The position numbers were made by a program, and so were the translations under genes. Source: an uncultured bacterium (lineage in GTDB: Bacteria > Electryoneota > Tariuqbacteria > Tariuqbacterales > Tariuqbacteraceae). Taken from it: a DNA stretch of 64,000 bases. Where the stretch lies: the NCBI GenBank assembly GCA_964421875.1, contig CAYQZD010000005.1, positions 253 to 64,252 on the forward strand, written 5' to 3'. Each line of letters begins with the position of its first letter. Position 1 is the first letter of the stretch. A model generated the notes under the pieces. The model worked only from the letters and a program-made list of their open reading frames with translations, searched no databases and had not been told where the DNA came from. Positions 20,625 through 30,094 of this stretch are shown here, piece after piece.

Positions 20625-22856
20625 ATGATGACTTCATCAAATATGAATACGAACTCTGGACAATTATTGACCCGGCGCCGCTTAATACCCCTGATTCTGA
20701 CCGCTGCCAGCGTGATTGCCTTTTCCGGGTGCGGCGGTATGAACACCTGGATTTCCACCGCGAAGAATCCTCCGATAGCGGAAGCGCCTCACGATACTAC
20801 CGAAGAATCCCACGGCGACAGCCTCATCGTCAGCGGCAATTCTGTCAAAGTGGAGTTCGAGGAGGCGGAACGTGACGCGGAATGGCTGAAACTCTCCAGT
20901 CAGGAGAAGCTGGATTCGGTGGCGATGCTGCTGGATTTAGCGGTGTCGCATCAGGAGGATGGAGACAACACGGTAGCGGAGTTCTATTTCCACGGAGCGC
21001 GGGAAAAACTGGGGGAAATCGAATACTTAGCCGATGAAAGCGAAAGGTTGGATTATTTAAGGCTGGAGATAGAGATCGACCTCCACTACCGGGAATTCGT
21101 AACCGCGCTGGATACCATTCCCGCCCAAAGTTCTCCCGACGCCGTAATGATGGGCATTGACTTGGCGGAAGGGGATTCTGCGGTAGTGGACAGTCTTTTC
21201 CTGGAAAAGCCGGAAGTGACCTTCGGTTCAGCCGCAGTTGATTCGGCGCTGGAAGCGAGTGTCGAGTTCCCGCAGGTGCCGGTAGTGCGGAACCGTAAAG
21301 TGGAGAACGCCATTAATTTCTTCCGGCACAAGGGGCGCAAAGTTTTCACCGTATGGCTGGCGCGGTCGGAGTACTATATTCCGCAGATGCAGAAGATTCT
21401 GCGGGAGGAAGGGCTCCCGGAAGAGTTGGTTTACCTGTCGATGATAGAATCGGGCTTCAATCCCAAAGCCTATTCCTACGCCCACGCTTCCGGTCCCTGG
21501 CAGTTCATCCGTTCCACCGGGAGGATTTTCGGGCTCTACAGCGACTGGTGGTACGACGAACGACGCGACCCGGTCAAGTCCACCCTCGCCGCTTGTAAGT
21601 ATCTGAAGAAATTGTATCTGGAGTTTGAGGATTGGTACCTGGCGCTGGCCGCCTATAACTGCGGGGAAGCCCGGGTGCGCCGGCATATGCGGCGTTATAA
21701 CACCAGAGATTTCTGGAAATTGAAACGCCTTCCGCGACAAACCCGAAACTATGTACCCACTTACCTGGCGGCGATGACAATCGCGCAAAATCCCGCTGAA
21801 TACGGCTTCGACGAGGTGGTGCATAAAAATCCATTGCCTAACGATTCGGTGGTGGTGAGGGAATGCCTCGACTTGACACTGGTGGCAAATATCCTGGACA
21901 CCAGCTACACTGCGGTGAAGGCGTTAAATCCGGCCATTGTTAGATGGTGCACTCCGCCGACCAGGGACAGCATCTGGCTGTATATTCCCCAGGGGACAGT
22001 CGATAAGTTCGTCGAAGGCCTCTCCGCGGTGCCCGAGAGCAGCAAGCGTAGTTGGGTGCGGCACCGGGTAAGGCCGGGAGAGACCTTATCCACTATCGCC
22101 CGGCGTTACGGAACCTCGATGAAGGCAATCCGGGACATCAAAGCCAACCGCATCTATAGTTATCATAAAATCCGAGCCGGAAAGCACCTGTTGGTTCCGG
22201 TGCCGCCCGGTAAATACAGCGAAAAGTGGGCTGTCAATAATCAGTTGGAATCATCCAACAAATTTATTCCCCGGGAAGCGGCATCCGGAAGGCAGAGAGT
22301 GGTTTACACCGTTCGCAAGGGGGATAACCTCTCCACCATCGCCCAGCGCTATCACACCTCCGTGGGCTCGCTGAAACGCTGGAACCGGCTCTGGGGCAAG
22401 CGTTTCATCTACCCCGGACAGAAATTAGTGGTTTACACCCCGGTCGAAGCCGGGGAAGATTATACCCGCAATATCCCTAAGAATACGGACAGTTCCGGTG
22501 AGTATCATAAGGTGCGGCAGGGAGAATCTCTCTGGCTCATCGCCCAGAGTTATGGAACAAGCGTGGATGAGCTTAAAGATCTGAACGGGCTGACCGGCCG
22601 CTGCGTCATCCGTCCCGGCGATAAAATCAGGGTGAAGAATGAGAAGAAGGAAGATAAAATCCTTGATTTAAGTTTAGTGAAATCAGCGGAGGCGGGCGAG
22701 TCCAAGCTTATTGTATATGTTGTCAGAAAGGGAGATACTCTATGGGAAATCTCCCGCGCTTTCGGAGTTCCTGTCTCCGAAATCAGAAAATACAACGCCC
22801 TGGGACGGCGCAATTTGATTAAGCCGGGTGAAAAACTGTTGATTCCTCGGAAATAA
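20625..22856 (+). CDS. mltD: Membrane-bound lytic murein transglycosylase D-like (SLT domain + 4 LysM repeats)
   Basis: ESGFNPKAYSYAHASGPWQF (SLT). Four LysM repeats: HRVRPGETLSTIARRYG, YTVRKGDNLSTIAQRY, HKVRQGESLWLIAQSYG, YVVRKGDTLWEISRAFG. Confidence 0.85.
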   Translation: MMTSSNMNTNSGQLLTRRRLIPLILTAASVIAFSGCGGMNTWISTAKNPPIAEAPHDTTEESHGDSLIVSGNSVKVEFEEAERDAEWLKLSSQEKLDSVAMLLDLAVSHQEDGDNTVAEFYFHGAREKLGEIEYLADESERLDYLRLEIEIDLHYREFVTALDTIPAQSSPDAVMMGIDLAEGDSAVVDSLFLEKPEVTFGSAAVDSALEASVEFPQVPVVRNRKVENAINFFRHKGRKVFTVWLARSEYYIPQMQKILREEGLPEELVYLSMIESGFNPKAYSYAHASGPWQFIRSTGRIFGLYSDWWYDERRDPVKSTLAACKYLKKLYLEFEDWYLALAAYNCGEARVRRHMRRYNTRDFWKLKRLPRQTRNYVPTYLAAMTIAQNPAEYGFDEVVHKNPLPNDSVVVRECLDLTLVANILDTSYTAVKALNPAIVRWCTPPTRDSIWLYIPQGTVDKFVEGLSAVPESSKRSWVRHRVRPGETLSTIARRYGTSMKAIRDIKANRIYSYHKIRAGKHLLVPVPPGKYSEKWAVNNQLESSNKFIPREAASGRQRVVYTVRKGDNLSTIAQRYHTSVGSLKRWNRLWGKRFIYPGQKLVVYTPVEAGEDYTRNIPKNTDSSGEYHKVRQGESLWLIAQSYGTSVDELKDLNGLTGRCVIRPGDKIRVKNEKKEDKILDLSLVKSAEAGESKLIVYVVRKGDTLWEISRAFGVPVSEIRKYNALGRRNLIKPGEKLLIPRK

Positions 22857-22862
22857 TTTGAG

Positions 22863-23747
22863 GTGAATTTGCGAAAACGGGATTTCACAGCCTTTCTCAT
22901 AATCATCGGGGTGACACTGCTCTTCCTTTTCATCCTCTTCAGTGTTTTCCATGGCTCCAGCAAGATGGAGGGATTATCTATCTCCGGAGGAGAAAAGGTA
23001 GCTCTGCTGGAAGTCAAGGGTATGATTTTCGACGCTAAAAGCTTCGTAGAGGACTTGAGGCGGTACCTGAAAATCTCCTCCGTCAAAGCCATTGTGGTGC
23101 GCGTCGACAGCCCCGGCGGAGGGGTGGCGGCTTCCCAGGAGATGTATGCGGAACTGAGAAAGGCCAGAGAAAAACTGCCGGTGGTAGTCTCGATGGGCGG
23201 TGTCGCAGCTTCGGGCGGATATTATCTAGCGCTGGCGGCGGATACCATTATGGCGAATCCCGGCACCACCACCGGGAGCATCGGCGTAATCGCCGGCGTC
23301 ACCCTAATTCACCGGCTGGCGGAAAAAATCGGCGTCGACTACGAAGTCATCAAGAGCGGGAAGTTCAAAGACACCGGCAACTCTTTCCGAAAGATTACTC
23401 CGGAGGAGCGAAAATACCTCCAGGAATTAATCGATGATGTCTATGAACAGTTCATCGAAGTAGTGGCGGTGGAACGCGGTCTGCCCTTGAATGAGGTGAG
23501 AAAGATGGCGGACGGGCGGGTTTTCACCGGCAGGCAGGCCATGGAAATGAACCTGGTGGACCTGTTAGGAAACTACCAGGACGCTATCACCCTGGCGGGC
23601 GAGCTGGGCGGCATCGAAGGCACTCCCGAAGTGCTGGAAAAAAAGAAGCGCAAACTTACACTCTGGGATATTCTGTTCGGCGACTTCGAGGAAGCCCTGC
23701 ACCGCCTGGATTTGAACCGCACCGAAGTCCGCTACCAAATGCCGTGA
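22863..23747 (+). CDS. sppA: Signal peptide peptidase SppA (36K type)
   Basis: VRVDSPGGGVAASQEMY, GGYYLALAADTI. Confidence 0.85.
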   Translation: MNLRKRDFTAFLIIIGVTLLFLFILFSVFHGSSKMEGLSISGGEKVALLEVKGMIFDAKSFVEDLRRYLKISSVKAIVVRVDSPGGGVAASQEMYAELRKAREKLPVVVSMGGVAASGGYYLALAADTIMANPGTTTGSIGVIAGVTLIHRLAEKIGVDYEVIKSGKFKDTGNSFRKITPEERKYLQELIDDVYEQFIEVVAVERGLPLNEVRKMADGRVFTGRQAMEMNLVDLLGNYQDAITLAGELGGIEGTPEVLEKKKRKLTLWDILFGDFEEALHRLDLNRTEVRYQMP

Positions 23748-23830
23748 ATTGGGATTCAGGAGTCGGGGTTCGGGATTCAGTAAACGGTACTAGATATTCA
23801 ATAAAAATCATCAACTTAAAAAGGAGAGTC

Positions 23831-23920
23831 TATGCCCTGTGGTCGGAAGCGCAAGCGTCAGAAGATTGCGACTCACAAGCGGAAAAAGCGCCTGCGCAAG
23901 AATCGTCATAAAAAGAAATA
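23831..23920 (+). CDS. Very small basic protein (29 aa), candidate ribosomal protein bS22 (AURKAIP1-like)
   Basis: MPCGRKRKRQKIATHKRKKRLRKNRHKKK, preceded by an AAGGAG RBS. Resembles the bS22 KRK..M..HK.RKL..R..RR pattern. Below the track size cutoff. Confidence 0.45.
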
Positions 23921-24032
23921 GTCGGTGACAATGACGCGCGGGTAATTAAGCCCGCTATGCACATAATCTCGGACGGCGCTGCATATCATACTGACAGACT
24001 ATTATATTATGAATTAAGGCGCGGAATCGCCT

Positions 24033-24251
24033 TTGCATTCAACAATCGGAAAAATGTTGATTATCGCCGGGGGGGCGCTCACGATTTTGGGCGCGTTGCT
24101 GATGTTCGGTGAAAAAATTCCCTTCCTGGGTAAACTCCCAGGAGACTTCACCTTCAAGGGAAAGAATTTCACCCTGTATTTCCCTCTGGCTACCGGGATT
24201 GTCCTAAGCCTCGTCATCACCCTCATCCTCAACCTATTCGGGAGAAGGTGA
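24033..24251 (+). CDS. DUF2905-family small membrane protein
   Basis: 72 aa …FLGKLPGDFTFKGKNFTLYFPLATGIVLSLV…. Overlaps the xseA start (ATGA). Confidence 0.6.
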   Translation: MHSTIGKMLIIAGGALTILGALLMFGEKIPFLGKLPGDFTFKGKNFTLYFPLATGIVLSLVITLILNLFGRR

Positions 24252-25459
24252 TGAAGGTCTATAAAGTAGGAGAACTCACCCGGACCATCAAGGCTCTGCT
24301 GGAACAGAACCTGCCCACCCTCTGGGTAGAAGGTGAAATCTCCGAGTACACCCGCCACCGCAGCGGACACCATTATTTCACCTTGAAGGACGCGGAATCG
24401 GCGCTCTCCTGCGTAATGTGGCGGGGGCAGGCTTCGACGCTGTTTTTCACCCCGCAGCCGGGAATGAAAGTGATGGCGCAGGGACGAGTGACGGTTTACG
24501 AAAAGGGCGGCCGTTACCAGTTCGAGGTCTGGGAACTCCAGCTTTCCGGCGAAGGGGAGTTGATGGCGGCTTTCGAGCGGATGAAAGCCAAGCTGGCGGA
24601 GGAAGGACTTTTCGACCCTGCGCATAAGCAAGCTATCCCTAAGTTTCCTTGGCGGATAGGACTGGTGACTTCGCCCACCGGCGCCGCTGTCAAAGATTTG
24701 GTATCGGTGAGCCGCCGCCGGAATCCGGCGCTGGAGTTGATATTGTCGCCGGTGAGGGTTCAGGGCGAAAGCGCGGCGCAGGAAATCGCCGCCGCCATTG
24801 AAGCCTTCAACCGCTATAGCGGGGTAGATTTGTTGATAGTGGGCCGGGGCGGCGGTTCGCTAGAGGACCTATGGCCCTTCAATGAGGAATTGGTGGCGCG
24901 GGCGATTTTCGCCTCGAAAATTCCCGTGATTTCCGCCGTGGGGCACGAAGTGGATTTCTCCATCGCCGACCTCACCGCCGACCTCAGGGCTCCAACCCCC
25001 TCCGCCGCGGCTGAAATCGCGGTTCCGGACGCCAAAGAAATACTGCAAAGTATGCTGGAGGCCCGGCATCGGATGGAGAGCGCGATAACCATTCGCTTGA
25101 AAAACCTGCGGGAACGGATGGAATGGGCGCAGAAATCGCGTGCCTTCAACCGCCCCTTCGAGCTGTTCCGCGAGTTTTCCCAGCGTTTGGACGATTATCG
25201 GCGCAGGCTGGACCTAAGCTCCCAAGCGGCGTTGGAACGGCGTACAAGCGCGCTGAACCGGCTGCAGGGAACTCTGCGGGCGATGGATCCCATCGCGGTG
25301 CTGAAGCGGGGGTATTCGGTGGTCCGCAAGCTCCCCGAAGGTGTGGTGGTGACCGACGCCTCGACGCTGGCAAAGGGGGATAACCTCTCCTTGACCTTCG
25401 CCCGCGGCGGCGCGGCGGGTCGGGTGACCAAAGTCGAGGATAACCGTCTGCCGCTGTGA
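24248..25459 (+). CDS. xseA: Exodeoxyribonuclease VII large subunit
   Basis: OB-fold N-terminus WVEGEISEY…HHYFTLKD, catalytic domain GRGGGSLEDLWPFNEE. Confidence 0.9.
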   Translation: MMKVYKVGELTRTIKALLEQNLPTLWVEGEISEYTRHRSGHHYFTLKDAESALSCVMWRGQASTLFFTPQPGMKVMAQGRVTVYEKGGRYQFEVWELQLSGEGELMAAFERMKAKLAEEGLFDPAHKQAIPKFPWRIGLVTSPTGAAVKDLVSVSRRRNPALELILSPVRVQGESAAQEIAAAIEAFNRYSGVDLLIVGRGGGSLEDLWPFNEELVARAIFASKIPVISAVGHEVDFSIADLTADLRAPTPSAAAEIAVPDAKEILQSMLEARHRMESAITIRLKNLRERMEWAQKSRAFNRPFELFREFSQRLDDYRRRLDLSSQAALERRTSALNRLQGTLRAMDPIAVLKRGYSVVRKLPEGVVVTDASTLAKGDNLSLTFARGGAAGRVTKVEDNRLPL

Positions 25460-25696
25460 CTTGCTGATGGTGTCATTGCATGTCGTCATTCTGGGAAGAA
25501 TGACCGGAAGGGGGATGTCATTCCGAGCGAAAGCCGGAATCCATCTTCTTGTATTTCTATGAAATACTGGACTCCCGCTTTCGCGGGCGTGACATCGCAT
25601 AGGACATCATTTTTAGAACCGATATAGTTATTAATGTGGCGGAACATACCCCCCGCAGGATTTGTCGGGGGATAAATCCCCGACCTACAAATATTT

Positions 25697-25728
25697 AATC
25701 CGCTTAATCAGCTTAATCTGCTGTGAGT
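25697..25728 (+). repeat. 32-bp element aatccgcttaatcMgcttMatctgctgtgaRt (copies also at 44554..44585 on the minus strand and 62686..62717)
   Basis: Three near-identical copies in intergenic regions. Each has an internal tandem aatccgctt x2. Confidence 0.7.
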
Positions 25729-25827
25729 ATTATTTTTAATGATAAAATATTTGTGAATATCAACTTCAGAATGGCTAATACTTCACTGATGGAAAGCGTA
25801 TTCGTCATCAGCCGTACGGCTGATCAT

Positions 25828-25921
25828 TCTTTTCCGGAAGGATTCCAGCTTACGCCGTACGGCGCATAGGACGCCGGAATGACCATTTTGCTTATGACTT
25901 CAGATAGCTATAGTCTTACCA
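25828..25921 (+). repeat. About 95-bp composite hairpin element, copy 1 (second copy 39025..39098)
   Basis: tcttttccgga[a/g]ggattcc … gccggaatgaccat[t/c]ttgctta … gctatagt[c/t]ttacca conserved between copies, with an indel in the central hairpin. The 21-mer ttccggctgcgccggaatgac also recurs at 62631..62651. Confidence 0.65.
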
Positions 25922-26052
25922 GAATGGTAAGCTGTTACTATTAATGGGGGCGAATAATAGTGTGCATTATCAATGAGAGAAATAGTTATTTTTGTAGGGA
26001 TTCAACATGTTGAACCCCTACTGGAATGTCCACTATAATCCGACCTGATTAA

Positions 26053-26090
26053 TAACTTGTTAACTTGCTAACTTGTAAACTTGTGAACTC
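26053..26090 (+). promoter_or_regulatory. Tandem octamer array TAACTTGY x4 about 19 nt upstream of xseB
   Basis: taacttgttaacttgctaacttgtaaacttgtgaactc. Confidence 0.5.
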
Positions 26091-26108
26091 TCTAATTCTA
26101 TCTATTGA

Positions 26109-26348
26109 ATGACTGAAAAAAATAAAGACAGTAAAGAGCCCGATTTCGAAGAGGCTCTCTCCGAAATCGATTCCATCGTGACCAAGCTGGAAGGCGGGGA
26201 GCTGTCACTGGACGATTCACTCCGGATGTTCCAGCGGGGGATGGAATTGGTCGATTCTTGTTCCCGGAAACTGGACAAGGCGGAGGAGAAGCTGAAGGTT
26301 TTGATTGAAGGCGCCGGGGGTGAATTCACTTTGAGGAATGGTGAATGA
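26109..26348 (+). CDS. xseB: Exodeoxyribonuclease VII small subunit
   Basis: FEEALSEIDSIVTKLEGGELSLDDSLRMFQRGMEL. Confidence 0.85.
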   Translation: MTEKNKDSKEPDFEEALSEIDSIVTKLEGGELSLDDSLRMFQRGMELVDSCSRKLDKAEEKLKVLIEGAGGEFTLRNGE

Positions 26349-28237
26349 AATACAGTTTTTTGCCTAAGATAGATTCTCCCGAGGATTTGAAAAAGCTTTC
26401 ACTGGAAGAACTCAAGATTCTGGCGGATGAAGTGCGGGACTACATTATCCAGATAGTTTCCGAGACCGGGGGCCACCTGGCTCCTAGCTTGGGCGCGGTG
26501 GATTTAGCCATCGCCGTCCATTATGTCTTCGATTCCCCCCGGGACAAAATTATATGGGACGTGGGTCACCAGGCCTACGCTCACAAAATAATCACCGGGC
26601 GGCGCGAAGCTTTCGCGACCAATCGCTGTTGGGAAGGGTTGTCGGGTTTTCCCCGGCGGGAAGAATCCCCTCACGACGCATTCGGCACCGGACACGCTTC
26701 AACCTCCATCTCCGCCGGACTGGGACTGGCATGCGCCCGGGACGCCGCGGGAGAGGACTACACGGTGGTGTCGGTTATCGGCGACGGCTCCCTCACCGGG
26801 GGGTTGGCTTTTGAGGGATTGAACAACGCCGGCGCCTTGGAGAAGGACATCATCGTCATCATCAACGATAACAATATGTCCATATCACCCAACGTGGGAG
26901 CCTTGCACAACCACCTGGCGATGATACTCACTCACCCCGCATACTCCAAGCTGAAGGACGAAATCTGGGACATCACCGGCAAGCTCCCCTCCGGAGAATT
27001 GATTCAGAAGGCGGTAGGGCGGACTGGGACCGGTTTGAAAGCGATGGTGACTCCTGCTCTGCTCTTCGAACGGTTGGGTTTCAAGTTCACGGGTCCGGTG
27101 AGCGGTCATAACATCGAGAAACTGGTGCGGATTCTGCGCCAGGTCAAACAACTCAAGGGGCCTCGGATACTATACGTGCTCACCCAGAAGGGGCGGGGTT
27201 ACAAGTTTGCCGAAGAGGACGCCATCCGCTTCCACGGACTGGGTTCGTTTGATAAAACCACCGGAATGGCGAATGGAAGAAAGCGGAAAGCGCCGTCATA
27301 TACCGCAGTGTTCGGCAAGGCTATGGTGGAACTCGCCGCTAAAAATGATAAACTGGTAGCCATCACCGCCGCAATGTCGGAGGGAACCGGACTGACGCTG
27401 ATGAAGGATGAATTTCCCAAAAGGTTTTTCGATGTCGGTATCGCGGAAGGGCATGCGGTCACCTTTGCCGCAGGGCTGGCTTCGCAGGGTATGAAGCCGG
27501 TGGTGGCAATCTATTCCACTTTCCTCCAGCGCGCCTTTGACCAAATTATCCACGATGTGGCGCTGCAGAACCTGCCGGTGGTTTTTGCCATAGACCGAGC
27601 CGGTGTGGTGGGTGAAGACGGGCCTACGCATCACGGATGCTTCGACCTCAGCTATCTTAGGGGAGTTCCGGGGATGACCATTATGGTTCCCCGAGATGAG
27701 TCGATGCTGAGGGATATGCTATATACCGCATCTCTGTATAAAGCCGGACCGGCGGCGATAAGATATCCTCGCGGCGCCGGAGTGGGAGTGCCGCTAAAAA
27801 CGGGATTTGATGAGGTTCAGATCGGTAAGGCTGAAATCCTCCGGGAAGGGAGTGAAATCGCCATCCTGGGAGTGGGACCGGCCCTCCACGAATGCCTGGA
27901 AGCAGCGGAAATGCTGGAACAGGAGGGAATTCACCTCACCGTAATAGACCTCCGCTTCGTGAAGCCGCTCGACCGGGAACTTATACTGAGCATCGCCGAA
28001 TCCCATAGTTACCTCCTTACGGTGGAAGAAAATGCTATTGAAGGGGGCCTCGGCAGCCGGGTGCTGGAACTGTTGTCAAAACTTGATGCGCCTCCCAAAG
28101 TGAGGCGGATGGGTATCCCCGACCGCTTCATCGACCAGGGGCCGCGCCGGCACTTGCTGAAAAACCTGGGTCTGAGCGCTGAGGGGATTGTGCAGACAGT
28201 CCAGGAGATGTTTCCCTCACTGAAAAAAGTGCATTAA
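26345..28237 (+). CDS. dxs: 1-deoxy-D-xylulose-5-phosphate synthase
   Basis: GGHLAPSLGAVDL, GDGSLTGG (TPP motif). 4-nt overlap with xseB. Confidence 0.9.
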   Translation: MKYSFLPKIDSPEDLKKLSLEELKILADEVRDYIIQIVSETGGHLAPSLGAVDLAIAVHYVFDSPRDKIIWDVGHQAYAHKIITGRREAFATNRCWEGLSGFPRREESPHDAFGTGHASTSISAGLGLACARDAAGEDYTVVSVIGDGSLTGGLAFEGLNNAGALEKDIIVIINDNNMSISPNVGALHNHLAMILTHPAYSKLKDEIWDITGKLPSGELIQKAVGRTGTGLKAMVTPALLFERLGFKFTGPVSGHNIEKLVRILRQVKQLKGPRILYVLTQKGRGYKFAEEDAIRFHGLGSFDKTTGMANGRKRKAPSYTAVFGKAMVELAAKNDKLVAITAAMSEGTGLTLMKDEFPKRFFDVGIAEGHAVTFAAGLASQGMKPVVAIYSTFLQRAFDQIIHDVALQNLPVVFAIDRAGVVGEDGPTHHGCFDLSYLRGVPGMTIMVPRDESMLRDMLYTASLYKAGPAAIRYPRGAGVGVPLKTGFDEVQIGKAEILREGSEIAILGVGPALHECLEAAEMLEQEGIHLTVIDLRFVKPLDRELILSIAESHSYLLTVEENAIEGGLGSRVLELLSKLDAPPKVRRMGIPDRFIDQGPRRHLLKNLGLSAEGIVQTVQEMFPSLKKVH

Positions 28238-28345
28238 GGCGGATTCTCCGACCGGCGAGTCGAAACCAATCGATACGTTCAGACCTGCAGACCTGCGAAC
28301 TTAGGAATACATATCCTACAACTCCCATATATTTCTGAGGCGGAT

Positions 28346-29197
28346 TTGATACTGGGGATAATCGGAAATACCAGAAAAACGGAGTGCTGCGCCATACTTC
28401 CCGAATTCCTGGAGTGGCTGACACGGCAAGGCGCAAGGTATATTGCCGACCAGGATTTAAAAGACTTACTCCAGGACCTCCCCTATGAATATTATCCCAG
28501 AGAAGACCTGGCAAAACACTGCAATGTTGTGCTCTCCTTCGGCGGCGATGGAACTATGCTCTCTACCGCCAGAGCGGTGGGCGTGAGCGAAACCCCCATC
28601 CTGGGAGTGAATATGGGAGGAATGGGATACCTCACCGACGTCTCCCCCGACGAACTGCGGGAGAAGATGAGCGACTTTTTAGCGGGGAAGTACATCGTCG
28701 AAAACCGTATGCTGCTAAAGGCGACAGTGGAGACGGGGGGAAAAGCTAAAGTCTTTCATGCGCTAAACGACGTGGTGATAGACAAGGGCGCGGTTTCGCG
28801 CATTATCGATATCCGCACCACCATCGAAGGACGCTATTTCAACACCTTCAAGGCCGACGGAATCATCGTTTCCACACCAACAGGTTCCACCGGCTATTCC
28901 CTGAGCGCCGGAGGACCCATCCTGGAACCCTCGATGGAAGGAATAATCATCAATCCCATATGCCCCCACACTCTGGGGCACCGGCCCATAGTGATTTCCG
29001 CCGATAAATCCATCGAGATTGAATCCGACCCGCGCCTGAGGGAGCAGGTCTTCGCCTGCGACGGATTCAGAGAGTTGTTGATTCCTCCCCAAACCAAGGT
29101 CACGGTGCAAAAGTCGGAGCGGGTGGTTAGACTCATTATAATGAAAGGGAGACATTTCTACGATGTGCTGCGGGAAAAACTGAACTGGGGGATATAG
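28346..29197 (+). CDS. nadK: NAD kinase
   Basis: GGDGTML, NMGGMGYLT, DGIIVSTPTGSTGYSLSAGGP. Confidence 0.9.
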   Translation: MILGIIGNTRKTECCAILPEFLEWLTRQGARYIADQDLKDLLQDLPYEYYPREDLAKHCNVVLSFGGDGTMLSTARAVGVSETPILGVNMGGMGYLTDVSPDELREKMSDFLAGKYIVENRMLLKATVETGGKAKVFHALNDVVIDKGAVSRIIDIRTTIEGRYFNTFKADGIIVSTPTGSTGYSLSAGGPILEPSMEGIIINPICPHTLGHRPIVISADKSIEIESDPRLREQVFACDGFRELLIPPQTKVTVQKSERVVRLIIMKGRHFYDVLREKLNWGI

Positions 29198-30091
29198 TTG
29201 GGACTGTTGGCTTCACTGAAAACCGGACTGAAACGCACCCGCGAAAATCTTAATCTGAGCCAATTTCTGCGGGGGAAAAACCGCCTCAATCAGGAATTCC
29301 TGGAAGAACTGGAAGAGATTCTTTACCAGGGAGACCTTGGAGTCGAAGCTACGGAATCCCTGCTGGATGCGCTGCGTCAGCGGGCGGGAAAAGTGGATAC
29401 CGGCGGGGATTTAAAGGAAATCCTGCGGCAGGAGATGGTCAAGCTGTTCCCGGAAAACGGCGCGCAGCCTATGTTTCATCAGCCGGAGGTAATCCTGCTG
29501 ACGGGAGTGAACGGATGCGGCAAAACCACCACCGCCGGTAAATTAGCTCATAACTATGTACAGTCTGGAAAAAAAGTTGTTTTAGCAGCGGCGGATACTT
29601 TCCGCGCCGCAGCTATCGAACAGCTTGAACTATGGGCTGAGCGCGCCGGAGCCCGGCTGGTGAAACAGTCTCATGGAGCGGATGCGGCTTCAGTGGCTTT
29701 CGATGCGCTGCAGTCGGCTATTGCGAAAGACGACGACGTCCTAATCATTGACACTGCGGGACGCCTTCAGTCCAAATCCAACCTGATGAATGAGTTGGAG
29801 AAAATCCGGAGGGTCTTGAAAAAATTAATCCCGGAAGCGCCCCATCAGAACCTGCTGGTCTTAGATGCAATCATTGGACAGAATGCGATGTCCCAGGCTG
29901 AAGTGTTCAAGGATAGAGCCGGCGTTGACGGGCTGATATTGACTAAACTGGACGGCACCGCCCGCGGAGGCTCGGCTTTCGCCGTCTCCCGGCGCTTTGA
30001 ACTGCCGATAAGATATGTCGGGGTAGGGGAAAAAATCGATGACCTGCTGCCCTTCGAGCCTGACCGTTTTGTAAAAGAATTGCTGGGCTGA
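29198..30091 (+). CDS. ftsY: Signal recognition particle receptor FtsY (NG domains only)
   Basis: LTGVNGCGKTTT, DTAGR, TKLDGTARGG. Confidence 0.9.
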   Translation: MGLLASLKTGLKRTRENLNLSQFLRGKNRLNQEFLEELEEILYQGDLGVEATESLLDALRQRAGKVDTGGDLKEILRQEMVKLFPENGAQPMFHQPEVILLTGVNGCGKTTTAGKLAHNYVQSGKKVVLAAADTFRAAAIEQLELWAERAGARLVKQSHGADAASVAFDALQSAIAKDDDVLIIDTAGRLQSKSNLMNELEKIRRVLKKLIPEAPHQNLLVLDAIIGQNAMSQAEVFKDRAGVDGLILTKLDGTARGGSAFAVSRRFELPIRYVGVGEKIDDLLPFEPDRFVKELLG

Positions 30092-30094
30092 ACC

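Noticed and set aside
24418-24627. 69-aa Gly/Arg-rich plus-frame ORF inside xseA
   Set aside because: Alternative frame of xseA with the typical high-GC Arg/Gly/Ala composition.
25826-25850. SRP-RNA (4.5S) domain-IV-like sequence tccggaaggattccagc
   Set aside because: Only a short resemblance to GGUCCGGAAGGAAGCAGC. The rest of the SRP RNA consensus is absent. The sequence is part of a repeated element present in 2+ copies, which an SRP RNA gene would not be.
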